Shown here piece by piece: positions 37,676-48,189 of a DNA stretch of 64,000 nucleotides. The DNA comes from Terriglobia bacterium. GTDB taxonomy: Bacteria; Acidobacteriota; Terriglobia; 20CM-2-55-15. Position numbers and translations under genes: made by a program. Within the stretch, counting starts at the first letter, position 1. Each line of letters opens with the position of its first letter. The notes beneath the pieces are model-generated. The model did not search any database. It was not told the DNA's origin and saw only the letters and a program-made list of their open reading frames with translations. The stretch is from the NCBI GenBank assembly GCA_963664115.2, contig CAXWPJ010000002.1, forward strand, positions 800,001-864,000. Reading direction: 5' to 3'.

Positions 37676-38392
37676 TCAATGCGTCATCGCGTAGATCAGG
37701 TAGTTCACACCGAGCCGGACGGCTTTGGCTGAGGATTCGAGCGACGCGTCGCCCCTGTCGAGTCCTTCCCAGAACTCACCCAGATCGTTGTTCTGGTTGG
37801 CGACCATTATCAGGCGGCCGCTCTCGTCCCGCATGCTCCAGAACTCGGGGAATCCGCTGAAACGATTATCCGTGTACGGGGGATCCATCTGAAGGGAATC
37901 GATGTCGAAGAACGCACTGAACATCGATTCCAGGATCTCGAGCCGAAACATCTCGCGTCTGGGAAACAGCTTCTTCATCTGCCCCCTCAGGTGGTCGAGG
38001 TCGACGCCCCGGAAGTCGTCGAACATTGCAAATCCGCCCCGCTCGAAGTATTCGCGGAGGTTCGCCTCTTCGGCATCGGTCAGATCCATGAAACCCGGTT
38101 CGGAAAAGTAAAGGAAGGGATAACGAAAAATATCCTCGCTGTCGAGTTGAACGATCTGATACGCCTCAGGCGAGGTTTGAACGCCGGTGTATTCCTCGAC
38201 TAGCCCGAGATAGAGATCCTCAGCATACGGGTAGTCGTGATGCCAGGGCGCTTCGCGATCGAAGATTGCTTCGAAAGTCATGTTGAACTGGACCCGCGCG
38301 AACGTGAACTCGGCGGTCTCGTCCCCTCCGTCGGGCCTGGCCTCGGGGGCGAACACGGCCAGAAGCAGGGCAATCGCAACGAACTTCTTCAC
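37676..38392 (-). CDS. DUF4159 domain protein (paralog)
   Basis: FTFARV, WHHDYP, IFRYPF, GGFAMFDDF, NNDLGEFWE, LGVNYLIYAMTH. Confidence 0.85.
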   Translation of the reverse strand: MKKFVAIALLLAVFAPEARPDGGDETAEFTFARVQFNMTFEAIFDREAPWHHDYPYAEDLYLGLVEEYTGVQTSPEAYQIVQLDSEDIFRYPFLYFSEPGFMDLTDAEEANLREYFERGGFAMFDDFRGVDLDHLRGQMKKLFPRREMFRLEILESMFSAFFDIDSLQMDPPYTDNRFSGFPEFWSMRDESGRLIMVANQNNDLGEFWEGLDRGDASLESSAKAVRLGVNYLIYAMTH

Positions 38393-38546
38393 AATACTGA
38401 AAGTATATATGACGAGTGCCTGTATTCAGGGAAGGGTAGTCAAAATAACTGAAACGACGGCAGGTTCGTTTTTCAGAAGCGTGCCGCCTCGCACCTGGAC
38501 CGGTGGCACTCCCGGGCAGAACCCCCGAGTCTGTTGCCACGCGCAG

Positions 38547-39752
38547 CTAGTCAGGGATTTGAAAGTCCCGTGTTTCGGACTGGAACGCGCCAACGTCGGT
38601 CCCAACCAGATATAGACGGCCCTCGTAAAAGACCGCGCTGGTGGCCCAAGCGGGCAGATCGTCTGCTACGACATTCCACGCGCGCCCCTCACGATTCAAG
38701 AGGTATCCTGCGGGTTGTGCCGGCACCAACAGCATTGTCGTTTGAGCGGGCGTTCCTGAGACAGGTCGGGGGGGGTAGTCCAGAAACCGTTCGTCGGAGT
38801 CCTCCAGAACGACATCGGGCATCTGGCCCGGATCCCAGGCCGAAAGGAGCCGCTTCTGTCCGGTCGATCCGTCAAACCAGAGCGTCATGTCGTCGACGGC
38901 GATCGGTCCGGCTATGGGGCAGGCCTCGATCTGCCATATCGGCGGGCTCACCGGTGTCGGCTCTCCAAACTGTCCGTCAGGACCAGCGACTACTCTGGAG
39001 GGATCGCGGTAGCCCGTTGGGGTTGTATTTCTGAAGGCAACCGCCAGACTGCCGTCGGATGCGACGTTAATGTTGGGAAGACAGCAGCCGCATACGGAAC
39101 TTTCCTGCGATTCGGTGAGGTTCCGTTCAGTGACCACACCGTCTGTGACTCGAGCGTAATAGAGGTCCGCCGGTTCCTCCAGACCTTCTTCTGCAATCCT
39201 CGGATCCAGCCAGACCGCGTGAAGCACACCGTCGGGGCCGAACGCAATATCGGGAAACTCCTGCAGCGCATCCCCCTCATCCTGATTCAAGCGCAGGGAA
39301 GGGGCGAAGCTTTTTCCACCATCGGAAGACGTCGCGACGCGGATGTCGAAGAATTCGTCGGTCCATGCGAGGGCGACCGCTCCATCGGGTCCAAACGCAA
39401 CAGCGGGCCGCATTTCGTCGATCGGAATCGAATGGAGGGGCACGTCAGCGCCATTCACCTGGACGGGTTCGGAGAAGGTGTTGTCCTCGGTCGTGCTGAC
39501 GAAAAGGTCGAAGCCCTCGAAAAAGCCACCCTCCCTTCTCACGGTCCACGCCATGAGCAGTCCGCCATCGGGAGCAGCCGCGATCTGAGGCAACTCGAGC
39601 TCACCCAGTTCCGGAATAGTGACGGGTTCAGTCGGGACCGGTTCCACCGAACTCGCACAGCTCACAAGGGACGTGACGCAAAATGAAAGTAGAAATAATC
39701 CGCACGTGGCTCGCTTCATGAGAATGGACGCTCCTACCGTGGTTCGGTTCAA
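38547..39752 (-). CDS. BNR/sialidase-like beta-propeller lipoprotein
   Basis: Lipobox LVSC, Asp-box SSDGGKSF, VWLDPR, VCGCC and WQIEACP-x2-GP motifs. Confidence 0.7.
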   Translation of the reverse strand: MNRTTVGASILMKRATCGLFLLSFCVTSLVSCASSVEPVPTEPVTIPELGELELPQIAAAPDGGLLMAWTVRREGGFFEGFDLFVSTTEDNTFSEPVQVNGADVPLHSIPIDEMRPAVAFGPDGAVALAWTDEFFDIRVATSSDGGKSFAPSLRLNQDEGDALQEFPDIAFGPDGVLHAVWLDPRIAEEGLEEPADLYYARVTDGVVTERNLTESQESSVCGCCLPNINVASDGSLAVAFRNTTPTGYRDPSRVVAGPDGQFGEPTPVSPPIWQIEACPIAGPIAVDDMTLWFDGSTGQKRLLSAWDPGQMPDVVLEDSDERFLDYPPRPVSGTPAQTTMLLVPAQPAGYLLNREGRAWNVVADDLPAWATSAVFYEGRLYLVGTDVGAFQSETRDFQIPD

Positions 39753-39894
39753 AGGCTATTGGCTATTGTCATAACCAAGATATCTCATGCCGTCCCCCAC
39801 CGCCAGTATTCGTACCGATGGGTCTGAATCCAAGTCGGGATTTCTTTCTGATTTCGGCGCACGAGGAGACGTGGATCCTGTGCCGGTTGTGGAG

Positions 39895-41253
39895 CTATGC
39901 CACGGGAACGAACGCTCCCAGTACCCAGGATGCGATCGCAAAATAGATAGCCAGACCGGCAATGTCGGCCACCGAGGTGATCAGCGGACTGCCGGCCACT
40001 GCGGGGTCGATGCCGACCCGGTTGAGCAGAAACGGTACGATGACGCCGATCAGGTTGGACGCGAGAACGATCAGAAACATCGCCAACGCGACCACGACGG
40101 CCACTTCCCCGCCGCCCTGAAACAGGCCGAGCAGCCACGCAGCCACGCTCATGGTTGCCCCGAGTGTCGCGCCAACCGCGACTTCCTTCAGGAGTGTGGG
40201 CAACCATTGGGAGCGATCAAGGTCTCCTGTTGCCAGAGCCCTCACCACGAGCGTAGCCGACTGAGCGCCCGCGTTACCGCCGCTTCCCATCAGCAAGGGT
40301 ATGAAGAAGGCCAGTGAGATCAGTGCCGCAAGAGTGTCTTCGTACGCAGCGATCACGCCGGCCGCTCCGAGGTTGACCACGACCAGCGCCAACAGCCACG
40401 GAATCCGTTTCCTGAAAAGCGAAAGAACCCCGGCTTCCGAATAGCTGATCTTCAGGGGTTCGACCGCGGCGGATAGCTGGAAGTCTTCGGTCGCTTCCTC
40501 TTCGGCAACGTCGAGGACATCATCGGCTGTAACGATGCCGATCAGGACATCGTCCGCACCCACTACCGGCAGCACGAACAAGTCGTACTTGCTCATCTTT
40601 CGAACGGCTTCCTCACGGTCGTCGTACGGGGATAGAGAGACGGCTTCGTGTTCGAGTATCTTTTCGACCGTTTCATCGGGTTCTGCGAGGATCAGTCGCG
40701 GCAGCTCCACCGCGTCGAGAAACTTCCAATGCGTATCCGTGACGTAGATGGTTGTGACCACTTCACGGTCGCGCCCCCGCACCCGGATGTGTCCGAGAGC
40801 CTGCTCAATGGTCCAGTCGGGCCGTATGGCAACGTACTCCGGCGTCATCAGGCGGCCGACGCTTTCATCCGGATAGCTCAGGAGGAGACGCGCAGCCTTG
40901 AGGTCGGCCGGGTTCAACAGGTTGAGCAAACGCTGAACGACGCGGTCCGGTAATTCCTCGAACAGGTGTGTCCGGTCGTCCGGCTCTAGGTTGGTAATCA
41001 GACGCCGAATTTCATCGCTATTGAGTTCTCCCAGAAGGGCGTTCTGGGCTTCGGAATCGAGGTGCGAAAAAACCTCCCCCGAGAGGTTTCGTGTGAGCAA
41101 ACGAAAGAGCAACAGACGGTCAGGGCTGTCCCGTTCCAGAACCAGTTCAGCCAGCTCGGGTGCTGGCCATTCGGCTACGGCGGCCTTGAGCTCGCTCCAT
41201 TGGCGGCTATCGATCAGTTCCTCGATATCGACTCTGACATTGGGGCTCGTCAT
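39895..41253 (-). CDS. mgtE: Magnesium transporter MgtE
   Basis: N domain, CBS pair (GRLMTPEY, GIVTADD), KRIPWL, GGNAGAQS, DPAVAGSPLITSVAD. Confidence 0.95.
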   Translation of the reverse strand: MTSPNVRVDIEELIDSRQWSELKAAVAEWPAPELAELVLERDSPDRLLLFRLLTRNLSGEVFSHLDSEAQNALLGELNSDEIRRLITNLEPDDRTHLFEELPDRVVQRLLNLLNPADLKAARLLLSYPDESVGRLMTPEYVAIRPDWTIEQALGHIRVRGRDREVVTTIYVTDTHWKFLDAVELPRLILAEPDETVEKILEHEAVSLSPYDDREEAVRKMSKYDLFVLPVVGADDVLIGIVTADDVLDVAEEEATEDFQLSAAVEPLKISYSEAGVLSLFRKRIPWLLALVVVNLGAAGVIAAYEDTLAALISLAFFIPLLMGSGGNAGAQSATLVVRALATGDLDRSQWLPTLLKEVAVGATLGATMSVAAWLLGLFQGGGEVAVVVALAMFLIVLASNLIGVIVPFLLNRVGIDPAVAGSPLITSVADIAGLAIYFAIASWVLGAFVPVA

Positions 41254-41431
41254 GCTGTATCGGCCTCATCGCGGGGCACACCGGAGTGTCAGGGCCGGGT
41301 GGGCGTAAAACGGGTAAAACGAAGCTGAATTAAAACATGGAACCCACAGCTCTCCTTCCGGATACTTGCTGCCCACGCCAGCGAATTCAGGAGTGGGCCC
41401 AGCGACACCGGGGACATGCCCACAGGCCTAA

Positions 41432-41737
41432 CTACTGAAGGATGACCTCGAATCCTTCAAATTGAGGGTGACCGAGGTAGGTGCCTTCCGGCGCACGAGC
41501 CTGTCCATGAGCTTTCTTAAAAGCTTCGGAATCGGTCCAGTCCTCGAACGCCTGGTGGGAGTCCCACGTGGAGTGCGACGCATAGAGGGTGGCATTTTCG
41601 TCCGCCGGTCCTTTCAGGAGGCTGAATTCCCGGAAACCAGCAACCTGGTCCAGATACGATTCGCGGTTTTTCCAGAGGTCTTCGAAATCCTGTTCGTGTC
41701 CCGGTGCGATCCGGAAACGGTTCATTGCGATAAACAT
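41432..41737 (-). CDS. Antibiotic biosynthesis monooxygenase family protein (IsdG/HmuQ-like heme oxygenase)
   Basis: MFIAMNRF...F-x2-W-x2-SEAFKKAH, with the Asn/Trp/His triad; GAGGAG RBS. Confidence 0.8.
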   Translation of the reverse strand: MFIAMNRFRIAPGHEQDFEDLWKNRESYLDQVAGFREFSLLKGPADENATLYASHSTWDSHQAFEDWTDSEAFKKAHGQARAPEGTYLGHPQFEGFEVILQ

Positions 41738-42030
41738 AACGGCTGTCTCCTCAGAAAAGGGGACGGACACTTAAGGTTTTAATCCAAGCCCCGGTTTTCC
41801 GATCAGAGTTGATATGTGAAGCGTCCTTCCCCGGAATGGGCAAGCTATTAGAGGAACATTTTTGGGCCTATCATTCAATCTGTTATGGTAACTTTCAATA
41901 TCCTTTGTTCGTATAGGTTTAGAAAAGACGGCCAGACAAAATTCCTTTTACACTCTCTTAACAAACGAGAGGTCCTGGGAAGAGTCAAAGGCTGAGCCCG
42001 GTACCAATTTACCAAGGATTCCCCCGGACC

Positions 42031-43740
42031 ATGAAAACGAGCTTGAAAGTCACAATAAGCGTTCTCCTGGCAGGTGCCGTTCTCGGCACTGTGTTTTTCA
42101 CCCTGTTCGGCGAAGACGACACAGAGTACGAATTCTTCACTGCTGAGGTAGCGCGGGGCGTGATCCAGAACACGGTCAGCGCGACAGGCACCGTCGAGGC
42201 CGTTCTTACCGTGCAGGTGGGATCTCAGGTGTCCGGTCAGATACAGACCTTATACGCCGACTTTAATTCCGTTGTCAGCGCCGGCCAGCTATTGGCCAAG
42301 CTCGACCCGCGGAACTTCGAGGCCCAGCTGGAGAATTCCAAGGCCAGTCTGGTTTCGGCCGAGGCCCGTGTACGCACCGCCGAAGCCGATCTGACCAACG
42401 CCCGCGCCAGTCTTGAGAGTTCGTTGGCGAGTCTCGAAGCATCACGGGTTGAATCTGAAAGAGCTGCAGTCCTCTATGGGCGCTCGGAGGAACTGGCCGA
42501 AACCGACTTGCTTTCGCAGACGGATCTGGAAAATTCCCGGGCGACAGCCCAGGCTGCAGCGGCGCGTCTGGCTCAATCCGCCGCTGCCATCGAGCAGGCC
42601 GAAGCGCAAATAATCTCGCGACAGGCAGGCCTGGAACAGGCTTTCGCTCAGGTGGTCCAGGCTGAAGCCGATGTGAACCGTGCCGAAATCAATCTGGAGT
42701 ACACCGACATCATGTCGCCCGTAGACGGTGTTGTCATTTCTCGCGAAGTCGACGTGGGACAGACTGTTGCGGCGAGCATGTCGGCGCCGACGCTGTTCAT
42801 GATTGCCAACGACCTTGGCCGGATGCGGGTAAACGCCAGCATCGATGAAGCCGATATCGGGAAACTGGCCCAGAGTAACGGAGTGGAATTTACCGTCGAT
42901 GCGTTTCCAAACGAGCGATTTCGTGGGCGGATCGAGGAGATCCGTCTCAATCCGCAGACCGTTCAAAACGTGGTGGCCTACAACGTCATCGTGGGTGTTT
43001 CCAATCAGGATCTGAAATTGAAGCCGGGCATGACGGCGAATATTACTGTAACCGTTGACCGCCGCGAAAACGCCCTGGGTATTTCCAACGCGGCTTTACG
43101 TTACAACCCGCCCGACGTCGATCCCGCCGAACTGCAATTGACGCGTGGTGGTGCTGGCCGAGGCGGGGATGGGGGTCCGGGCCGTGGTTTTGATGTTGTG
43201 GCTAACGTCGTCCCCGTACCCGAGCCTGCCCCTGCTGAAACGGGTCCCTCTGCGGTGGAAGTCACGCCCGGAAGGCGACAGGGTTTCCAGGAAAACCTCG
43301 ACCGTGGTTTTGCCGGTGGCGGGGGCGCCGGTCCCCGAAGCGGCCGTGGCCGTGCGGAAGGACGTGGTAATCAAGGTGGACCGAGCGGTGGTTTTCCGGG
43401 TGGGGGCGCGTCAACTGCGCTGGGGATCGCTGCTCCGGTTGCGGCACCGGGTCAGCTCTGGGATGTGGGCGAGAAGCTTCAGTTCCAGGAAGTTACGCCG
43501 CCCCGCCCACGCCCGGGCCGTGTTTGGGTTTTGAATGCCGAGAGCATTCCCCAGATGCGCAACGTCATGTTGGGAATAACCGACGGGTCCCGGACCGAAG
43601 TTATTGCGGGCGAACTCGAAGTGGGTGACGCCCTGATCATCGGTGATTCATCGCAAGTGGCGGATACGCAAGATAGGCCTCAGACCCGGGGCAGGGGATT
43701 CGGCGGCGGATTTCCGGGCGGCGGATTTCGAATTCGTTAA
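42031..43740 (+). CDS. Efflux periplasmic adaptor subunit (MacA-like)
   Basis: ATGTVE, VGSQVSGQI, long coiled coil, SPVDGVVI, DEADIG, LKPGMTAN. Confidence 0.9.
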   Translation: MKTSLKVTISVLLAGAVLGTVFFTLFGEDDTEYEFFTAEVARGVIQNTVSATGTVEAVLTVQVGSQVSGQIQTLYADFNSVVSAGQLLAKLDPRNFEAQLENSKASLVSAEARVRTAEADLTNARASLESSLASLEASRVESERAAVLYGRSEELAETDLLSQTDLENSRATAQAAAARLAQSAAAIEQAEAQIISRQAGLEQAFAQVVQAEADVNRAEINLEYTDIMSPVDGVVISREVDVGQTVAASMSAPTLFMIANDLGRMRVNASIDEADIGKLAQSNGVEFTVDAFPNERFRGRIEEIRLNPQTVQNVVAYNVIVGVSNQDLKLKPGMTANITVTVDRRENALGISNAALRYNPPDVDPAELQLTRGGAGRGGDGGPGRGFDVVANVVPVPEPAPAETGPSAVEVTPGRRQGFQENLDRGFAGGGGAGPRSGRGRAEGRGNQGGPSGGFPGGGASTALGIAAPVAAPGQLWDVGEKLQFQEVTPPRPRPGRVWVLNAESIPQMRNVMLGITDGSRTEVIAGELEVGDALIIGDSSQVADTQDRPQTRGRGFGGGFPGGGFRIR

Positions 43741-43756
43741 AAGAGGTTTCGGTTAA

Positions 43757-44566
43757 ATGTCGTCTGTTTCAGCACCGGCAGTGGGAAAGGATTCCTTCGA
43801 CAGTAAATCGAAAAACGATGCCGTTATCCGCCTGGACCGAGTCCACAAGGTCTATACGATGGGCGACATCGAGGTCCATGCTTTGCGCGGCGTGTCTCTC
43901 GCGGTCGGGCGTGGGGAGTTCGTCGCAATCATGGGACCGTCGGGTTCCGGCAAATCCACGATGATGAACATCATCGGGTGCTTGGATCATGCGACTCGTG
44001 GATCTTACATGATCGACGGCGTGGACGTCGCCGAAGTCTCCCGGGCCAATCTGGCGGATATCAGAAACCAGAAAGTCGGGTTTGTGTTCCAGAGTTTCAA
44101 TCTGGTGTCCCGCACTTCGGCGATCGAGAACGTCGAACTGCCGTTGATCTATGCGGGGGTGGGGGCTCGCGAGCGGACTGAGCGTGCTCGAGAAGCTCTC
44201 GCGATCGTCGGACTGTCTGACAAAGAAAAGAATCTGCCCAATCAGCTCTCCGGTGGACAGCAGCAGCGTGTGGCTATTGCACGTGCTCTGGTGAATAATC
44301 CTGCGATCATCCTCGCCGACGAGCCGACCGGCGCGTTGGACTCGCGGACTTCGATTGAGTTGATGGCCGTGTTTCAGAAATTGAACGATGAGCGAAGCAT
44401 GACGATCATCCTGGTGACTCATGAGACCGATATTGCCGGTTATGGGAAGCGCGTGCTCTTGTTTCAGGATGGCCGGGTACGTAAAGATTACCCGGTAGAA
44501 AATCGCCGCAATGCGGGGACGGTGTTGCTCGAGCTTCCGGACGACGATGAGGACTTCGAAGAATGA
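43757..44566 (+). CDS. ABC transporter ATP-binding protein (MacB/LolD-like)
   Basis: [31 protein letters not shown]. Confidence 0.95.
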   Translation: MSSVSAPAVGKDSFDSKSKNDAVIRLDRVHKVYTMGDIEVHALRGVSLAVGRGEFVAIMGPSGSGKSTMMNIIGCLDHATRGSYMIDGVDVAEVSRANLADIRNQKVGFVFQSFNLVSRTSAIENVELPLIYAGVGARERTERAREALAIVGLSDKEKNLPNQLSGGQQQRVAIARALVNNPAIILADEPTGALDSRTSIELMAVFQKLNDERSMTIILVTHETDIAGYGKRVLLFQDGRVRKDYPVENRRNAGTVLLELPDDDEDFEE

Positions 44567-45789
44567 GATCGATAGCGATAATTCGAATTGCATTCAGGGC
44601 GCTGGGACGCAACAAGATGCGTTCCGCCCTCACGATGCTGGGCATTATCATCGGCGTCGGCGCAGTTATCGCTCTGGTTTCCATCGGACAGGGTGCGCAA
44701 GCCATGGTCCAGGACCAGATGCAGAGCATGGGAACCAACGTCATGTACGTGTTTCCCAGTGGAAATCGCGGCGTCGGAGGCGCTCGGCTCAGTACCGACC
44801 AGGGTGGAAGACTCACTGCTGGGGACGTTAACGCAATTTTGGAGGAGATCCCGATTGTTCAGGCGGCAACTCCGATTGTCAGTGCGAACGGCCAGTTGGT
44901 TTTCGGAAATCAGAACTGGTTTGCCCGCGTGCAGGGTACCAATGAGCAGTACCCGGGGATCCGTGATTGGGCGATCGCCGACGGGGAGTTCTTTACTGAA
45001 GTCGACATCGTTGCTGCTTCCAGGGTCATTGTCATCGGGAAGTCCGTTGCCGACGCTCTCTTTGAAGGAGTGACTCCGATCGGGCAGACTGTGCGTCTGC
45101 GAAATCTTCCGTTCCGCGTAATCGGGGTGCTTGAGGAACGAGGTCAGACCGGGATGGGGCAGGACCAGGACGATACGGTTTTGATGCCTTACACGGCAAC
45201 ACAGAAGAAACTGTTGGGTCAGTCCATCCCCCGGATCAACCAGGTCATGCTCCGGACCGTCAGTCAGAGCGCAGCGCCCGTTGCCGAAACCTTGATCACG
45301 GAACTGCTCCGACAACGCCACAACATCAGGCAGGGGCAGGAAGACGATTTCAGAATCGGCAACCTGACCGAGATCGCGGACGCTGCCGAACAGACCACTT
45401 TGATCATGACGCTGTTGCTGGGAAGTATTGCTGCGATTTCCCTCCTTGTTGGCGGCATCGGGATCATGAACATCATGCTGGTTTCGGTCACCGAGAGAAC
45501 CCGGGAGATTGGTATCCGAATGGCCGTCGGCTCCCGACCGGGATACATCCGGCTTCAGTTTCTGGCCGAGTCCATTATCCTCAGCATGGCCGGCGGCCTG
45601 ATTGGTGTGCTGCTGGGAAGTGGCTTGTCTTACGCCGTTGGCGAATTCCTGGGATGGTCGACCCTCGTGTCCCTGGCTTCGGTATCAATTTCGTTCGGAT
45701 TCGCAGCGGCAGTCGGTGTCTTCTTCGGCTACTACCCGGCACACAAAGCCGCAGGCTTGGACCCGATCGACGCTTTGCGCTACGAGTAA
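44563..45789 (+). CDS. ABC transporter permease (MacB-like)
   Basis: RSALTMLGIIIGV, GGIGIMNIMLVSVTERTREIGIR, DPIDALRYE. Confidence 0.95.
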   Translation: MRSIAIIRIAFRALGRNKMRSALTMLGIIIGVGAVIALVSIGQGAQAMVQDQMQSMGTNVMYVFPSGNRGVGGARLSTDQGGRLTAGDVNAILEEIPIVQAATPIVSANGQLVFGNQNWFARVQGTNEQYPGIRDWAIADGEFFTEVDIVAASRVIVIGKSVADALFEGVTPIGQTVRLRNLPFRVIGVLEERGQTGMGQDQDDTVLMPYTATQKKLLGQSIPRINQVMLRTVSQSAAPVAETLITELLRQRHNIRQGQEDDFRIGNLTEIADAAEQTTLIMTLLLGSIAAISLLVGGIGIMNIMLVSVTERTREIGIRMAVGSRPGYIRLQFLAESIILSMAGGLIGVLLGSGLSYAVGEFLGWSTLVSLASVSISFGFAAAVGVFFGYYPAHKAAGLDPIDALRYE

Positions 45790-45869
45790 GAAGTATTTCT
45801 TAAGCCGAATTCTCCCGTTCATTCTATTGATTCGCGTCTTCCGATGTTCGGGCGGGTTAACCTATACCC

Positions 45870-46520
45870 ATGTTTTCGGAACCCCCCTCGTCCCGCCTCG
45901 ACCTGCGCTTCGGTTTCTCGGCAATTCGCGTTCGTGTCCATCCCATGTTTTGGATCATCGTGTTTGCGTTGGGATGGACTCTGCCGCTGGTGGAACAGCT
46001 CCTGTGGGTGGGGGTGGTGTTTGTGTCCATTCTTGTGCATGAGTTGGGGCATGTTTCCAGCGCGCTGTTTTTCGGGCGGCGTTCACGCGTCGTTCTTTAC
46101 AGCATGGGGGGCCTCACGATTCCGGAGACCCACGCTGCACCTCTCACAGGCTGGCGCCACGGGGTCGTCGCTTTCAGCGGTCCCACGGCTGGTTTTCTAT
46201 TGGCTCTGTTGGCCTACTTGACGATTCCACTTATGGGTTCGACTTCGAGCGGTCTGGTTGGAGCGCTTTATTTTCACTTGGTCCAGATCAATGTCGTCTG
46301 GAGTCTGGTTAACCTGTTGCCGATATGGCCTCTCGACGGCGGACAGGTGGCGCGCGATCTTCTCAGCGGTGTTGGTCGTGACCTTGGATACTCCCTGGCG
46401 TCGGGTCTTTCACTCGTGACAGCGGGAATTATTGCGGTGGCTGCGTGGCAGATGAGTCGCCCGATCATCGCAGTGTTTGCAGTCTATTTTGCCCTCAAGG
46501 AATGGCAGCAGTCGGTCTGA
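45870..46520 (+). CDS. Site-2 protease (M50) family protein
   Basis: HELGH and NLLPIWPLDGG. Confidence 0.88.
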   Translation: MFSEPPSSRLDLRFGFSAIRVRVHPMFWIIVFALGWTLPLVEQLLWVGVVFVSILVHELGHVSSALFFGRRSRVVLYSMGGLTIPETHAAPLTGWRHGVVAFSGPTAGFLLALLAYLTIPLMGSTSSGLVGALYFHLVQINVVWSLVNLLPIWPLDGGQVARDLLSGVGRDLGYSLASGLSLVTAGIIAVAAWQMSRPIIAVFAVYFALKEWQQSV

Positions 46521-46534
46521 TACAGAGGAATGCG

Positions 46535-47293
46535 ATGAAAGAACCAGTTGATTCGACACCGAGCAAAGCAAAGTTTGCTATGGATGACCGTGTGTTTCTT
46601 GAGGGCCCGCAGACCCGAACAGGAGAACTGATGTTTGCGCTGCGGGTGCTCTGGGAGTTTATCCGGGGATTCCGCACGCTGCACTTCGTGGGTCCCTGCG
46701 TAACGGTCTTCGGCAGTGCCCGTTTCGAGCCAGACCACCCGTACTATGAAATGGGGCGTCAGGTTGGATCCGGCGTCGTGGGTTTGGGCCTTACCGTCAT
46801 GACGGGTGGAGGACCCGGCATTATGGAAGCGGCCAATCGGGGTGCGGCAGAAGCGGGCGGCCGATCGGTTGGTTGCGAAATCCGTTTACCCGTGGAACAG
46901 GGTGTCAATCCCTACATGAACCGTTCCGTTACTTTCAGATACTTCTTCGTGCGCAAGGTTTTGATGCTGAAGTATTCCTATGCGTTCGTGATCCTCCCGG
47001 GCGGCTTCGGCACGATGGACGAATGCTTCGAAACCCTTACCCTGATCCAGACGGGAAAGATTTTGAATTTTCCCGTTATCGTGATGGGCGTGTCCTATTG
47101 GAGCCGGCTGCGGGACATGCTCGATTCGATGGTCGACGAGGGCACGATCAGTTCGGGCGATTTGGACCTGTTGTGTTTTACTGATTCCGTGGACGAGGCG
47201 ATGGCACACATTCAACAACACGGCTTGGGCAAGTTCCCTCGGAGACGCCAGCTCTCGCCCATGAGGATCCTTGGAGAAAAGGCGCAGTTGTGA
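46535..47293 (+). CDS. LOG family (TIGR00730) nucleotide phosphoribohydrolase
   Basis: VFGSAR, TGGGPGIMEAANRGA, FFVRK, PGGFGTMDE. Confidence 0.9.
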   Translation: MKEPVDSTPSKAKFAMDDRVFLEGPQTRTGELMFALRVLWEFIRGFRTLHFVGPCVTVFGSARFEPDHPYYEMGRQVGSGVVGLGLTVMTGGGPGIMEAANRGAAEAGGRSVGCEIRLPVEQGVNPYMNRSVTFRYFFVRKVLMLKYSYAFVILPGGFGTMDECFETLTLIQTGKILNFPVIVMGVSYWSRLRDMLDSMVDEGTISSGDLDLLCFTDSVDEAMAHIQQHGLGKFPRRRQLSPMRILGEKAQL

Positions 47294-47598
47294 AGGTTTC
47301 ACCATGCGCTCGTCGTGGGCGGTCGCGATTGGACCTCGCCACTTGCGGGTCGCGCCATCCCCGGTGAACGAAGTGGATGGGTATTTCGGTTTACTATGAG
47401 TGTCCCCGATCGCCGATACATCCTACGTTGAGCGGTCGTCCAGGTGGCGCGGTAAAGATCAGGAAACTGCGGAGTTTTGCAGTCCCATATTCGTCGCGAT
47501 GCTGGCGGACCTCAAGAACAAATTGAAGTAAGTTTCTGCGGGTTTGTCCGCCCTGCTGCTGATCCGCATGCCTGCCGACAGCGTGTTAGAATCCGTCC

Positions 47599-48189
47599 AT
47601 GCCGAAGCTGCGTCTTGTCCTGGCGTCGGAATCCCCGCGACGCCAGGAGTTGTTGGGATTGCTGGCCGTTCCTTTCGAAATCGTTTCCTCTAATGTGGAC
47701 GAAACTCCGCGCCCGAGTGAGTCCGACCTGGACTTCGTCACTCGTACGGCTCGAGAGAAGGGTGAAGACATTGCGGGCCAGATTCCGGATGCCGTGGTGC
47801 TCTCAGCCGATACGATCGTGTCTCTGGACGGTAAAATTCTGGGCAAACCCGACGACGTGGATGACGCCCGGCGGATGCTTCGAATGCTGTCTGGTCGCGG
47901 GCATAATGTTTATACCGCTGTGTCGACAGTCCACATGGCCAGGAACACGCGGCATGAAGGGCTGGAAGAAACGCGGGTCTGGTTCAGCGATCTGGATTCG
48001 GAGATGATCGACGACTACATCCTTCGCGAAGAAGTTCTCGACAAAGCCGGAGCTTATGGCATTCAGGGATTCGCTTCCGTTTTCATCCCAAGAATCGAGG
48101 GTAATTACGCGAATGTTATGGGATTGCCCCTGCCGCTGACCTACGATTTGCTGACACGTCACGGAATCATATGCCACACATCATCGTAG
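47599..48189 (+). CDS. maf: Maf-family nucleoside triphosphate pyrophosphatase
   Basis: [31 protein letters not shown]. Confidence 0.93.
   Translation: MPKLRLVLASESPRRQELLGLLAVPFEIVSSNVDETPRPSESDLDFVTRTAREKGEDIAGQIPDAVVLSADTIVSLDGKILGKPDDVDDARRMLRMLSGRGHNVYTAVSTVHMARNTRHEGLEETRVWFSDLDSEMIDDYILREEVLDKAGAYGIQGFASVFIPRIEGNYANVMGLPLPLTYDLLTRHGIICHTSS

Noticed and set aside
41254-41431. M-box riboswitch or leader peptide upstream of mgtE
   Set aside because: No recognisable ykoK consensus. A tiny ATG-TTT-TAA ORF is present but unsupported.
47300-47590. ncRNA or small gene between the LOG gene and maf
   Set aside because: No convincing ORF, RBS or known RNA motif could be identified by eye.
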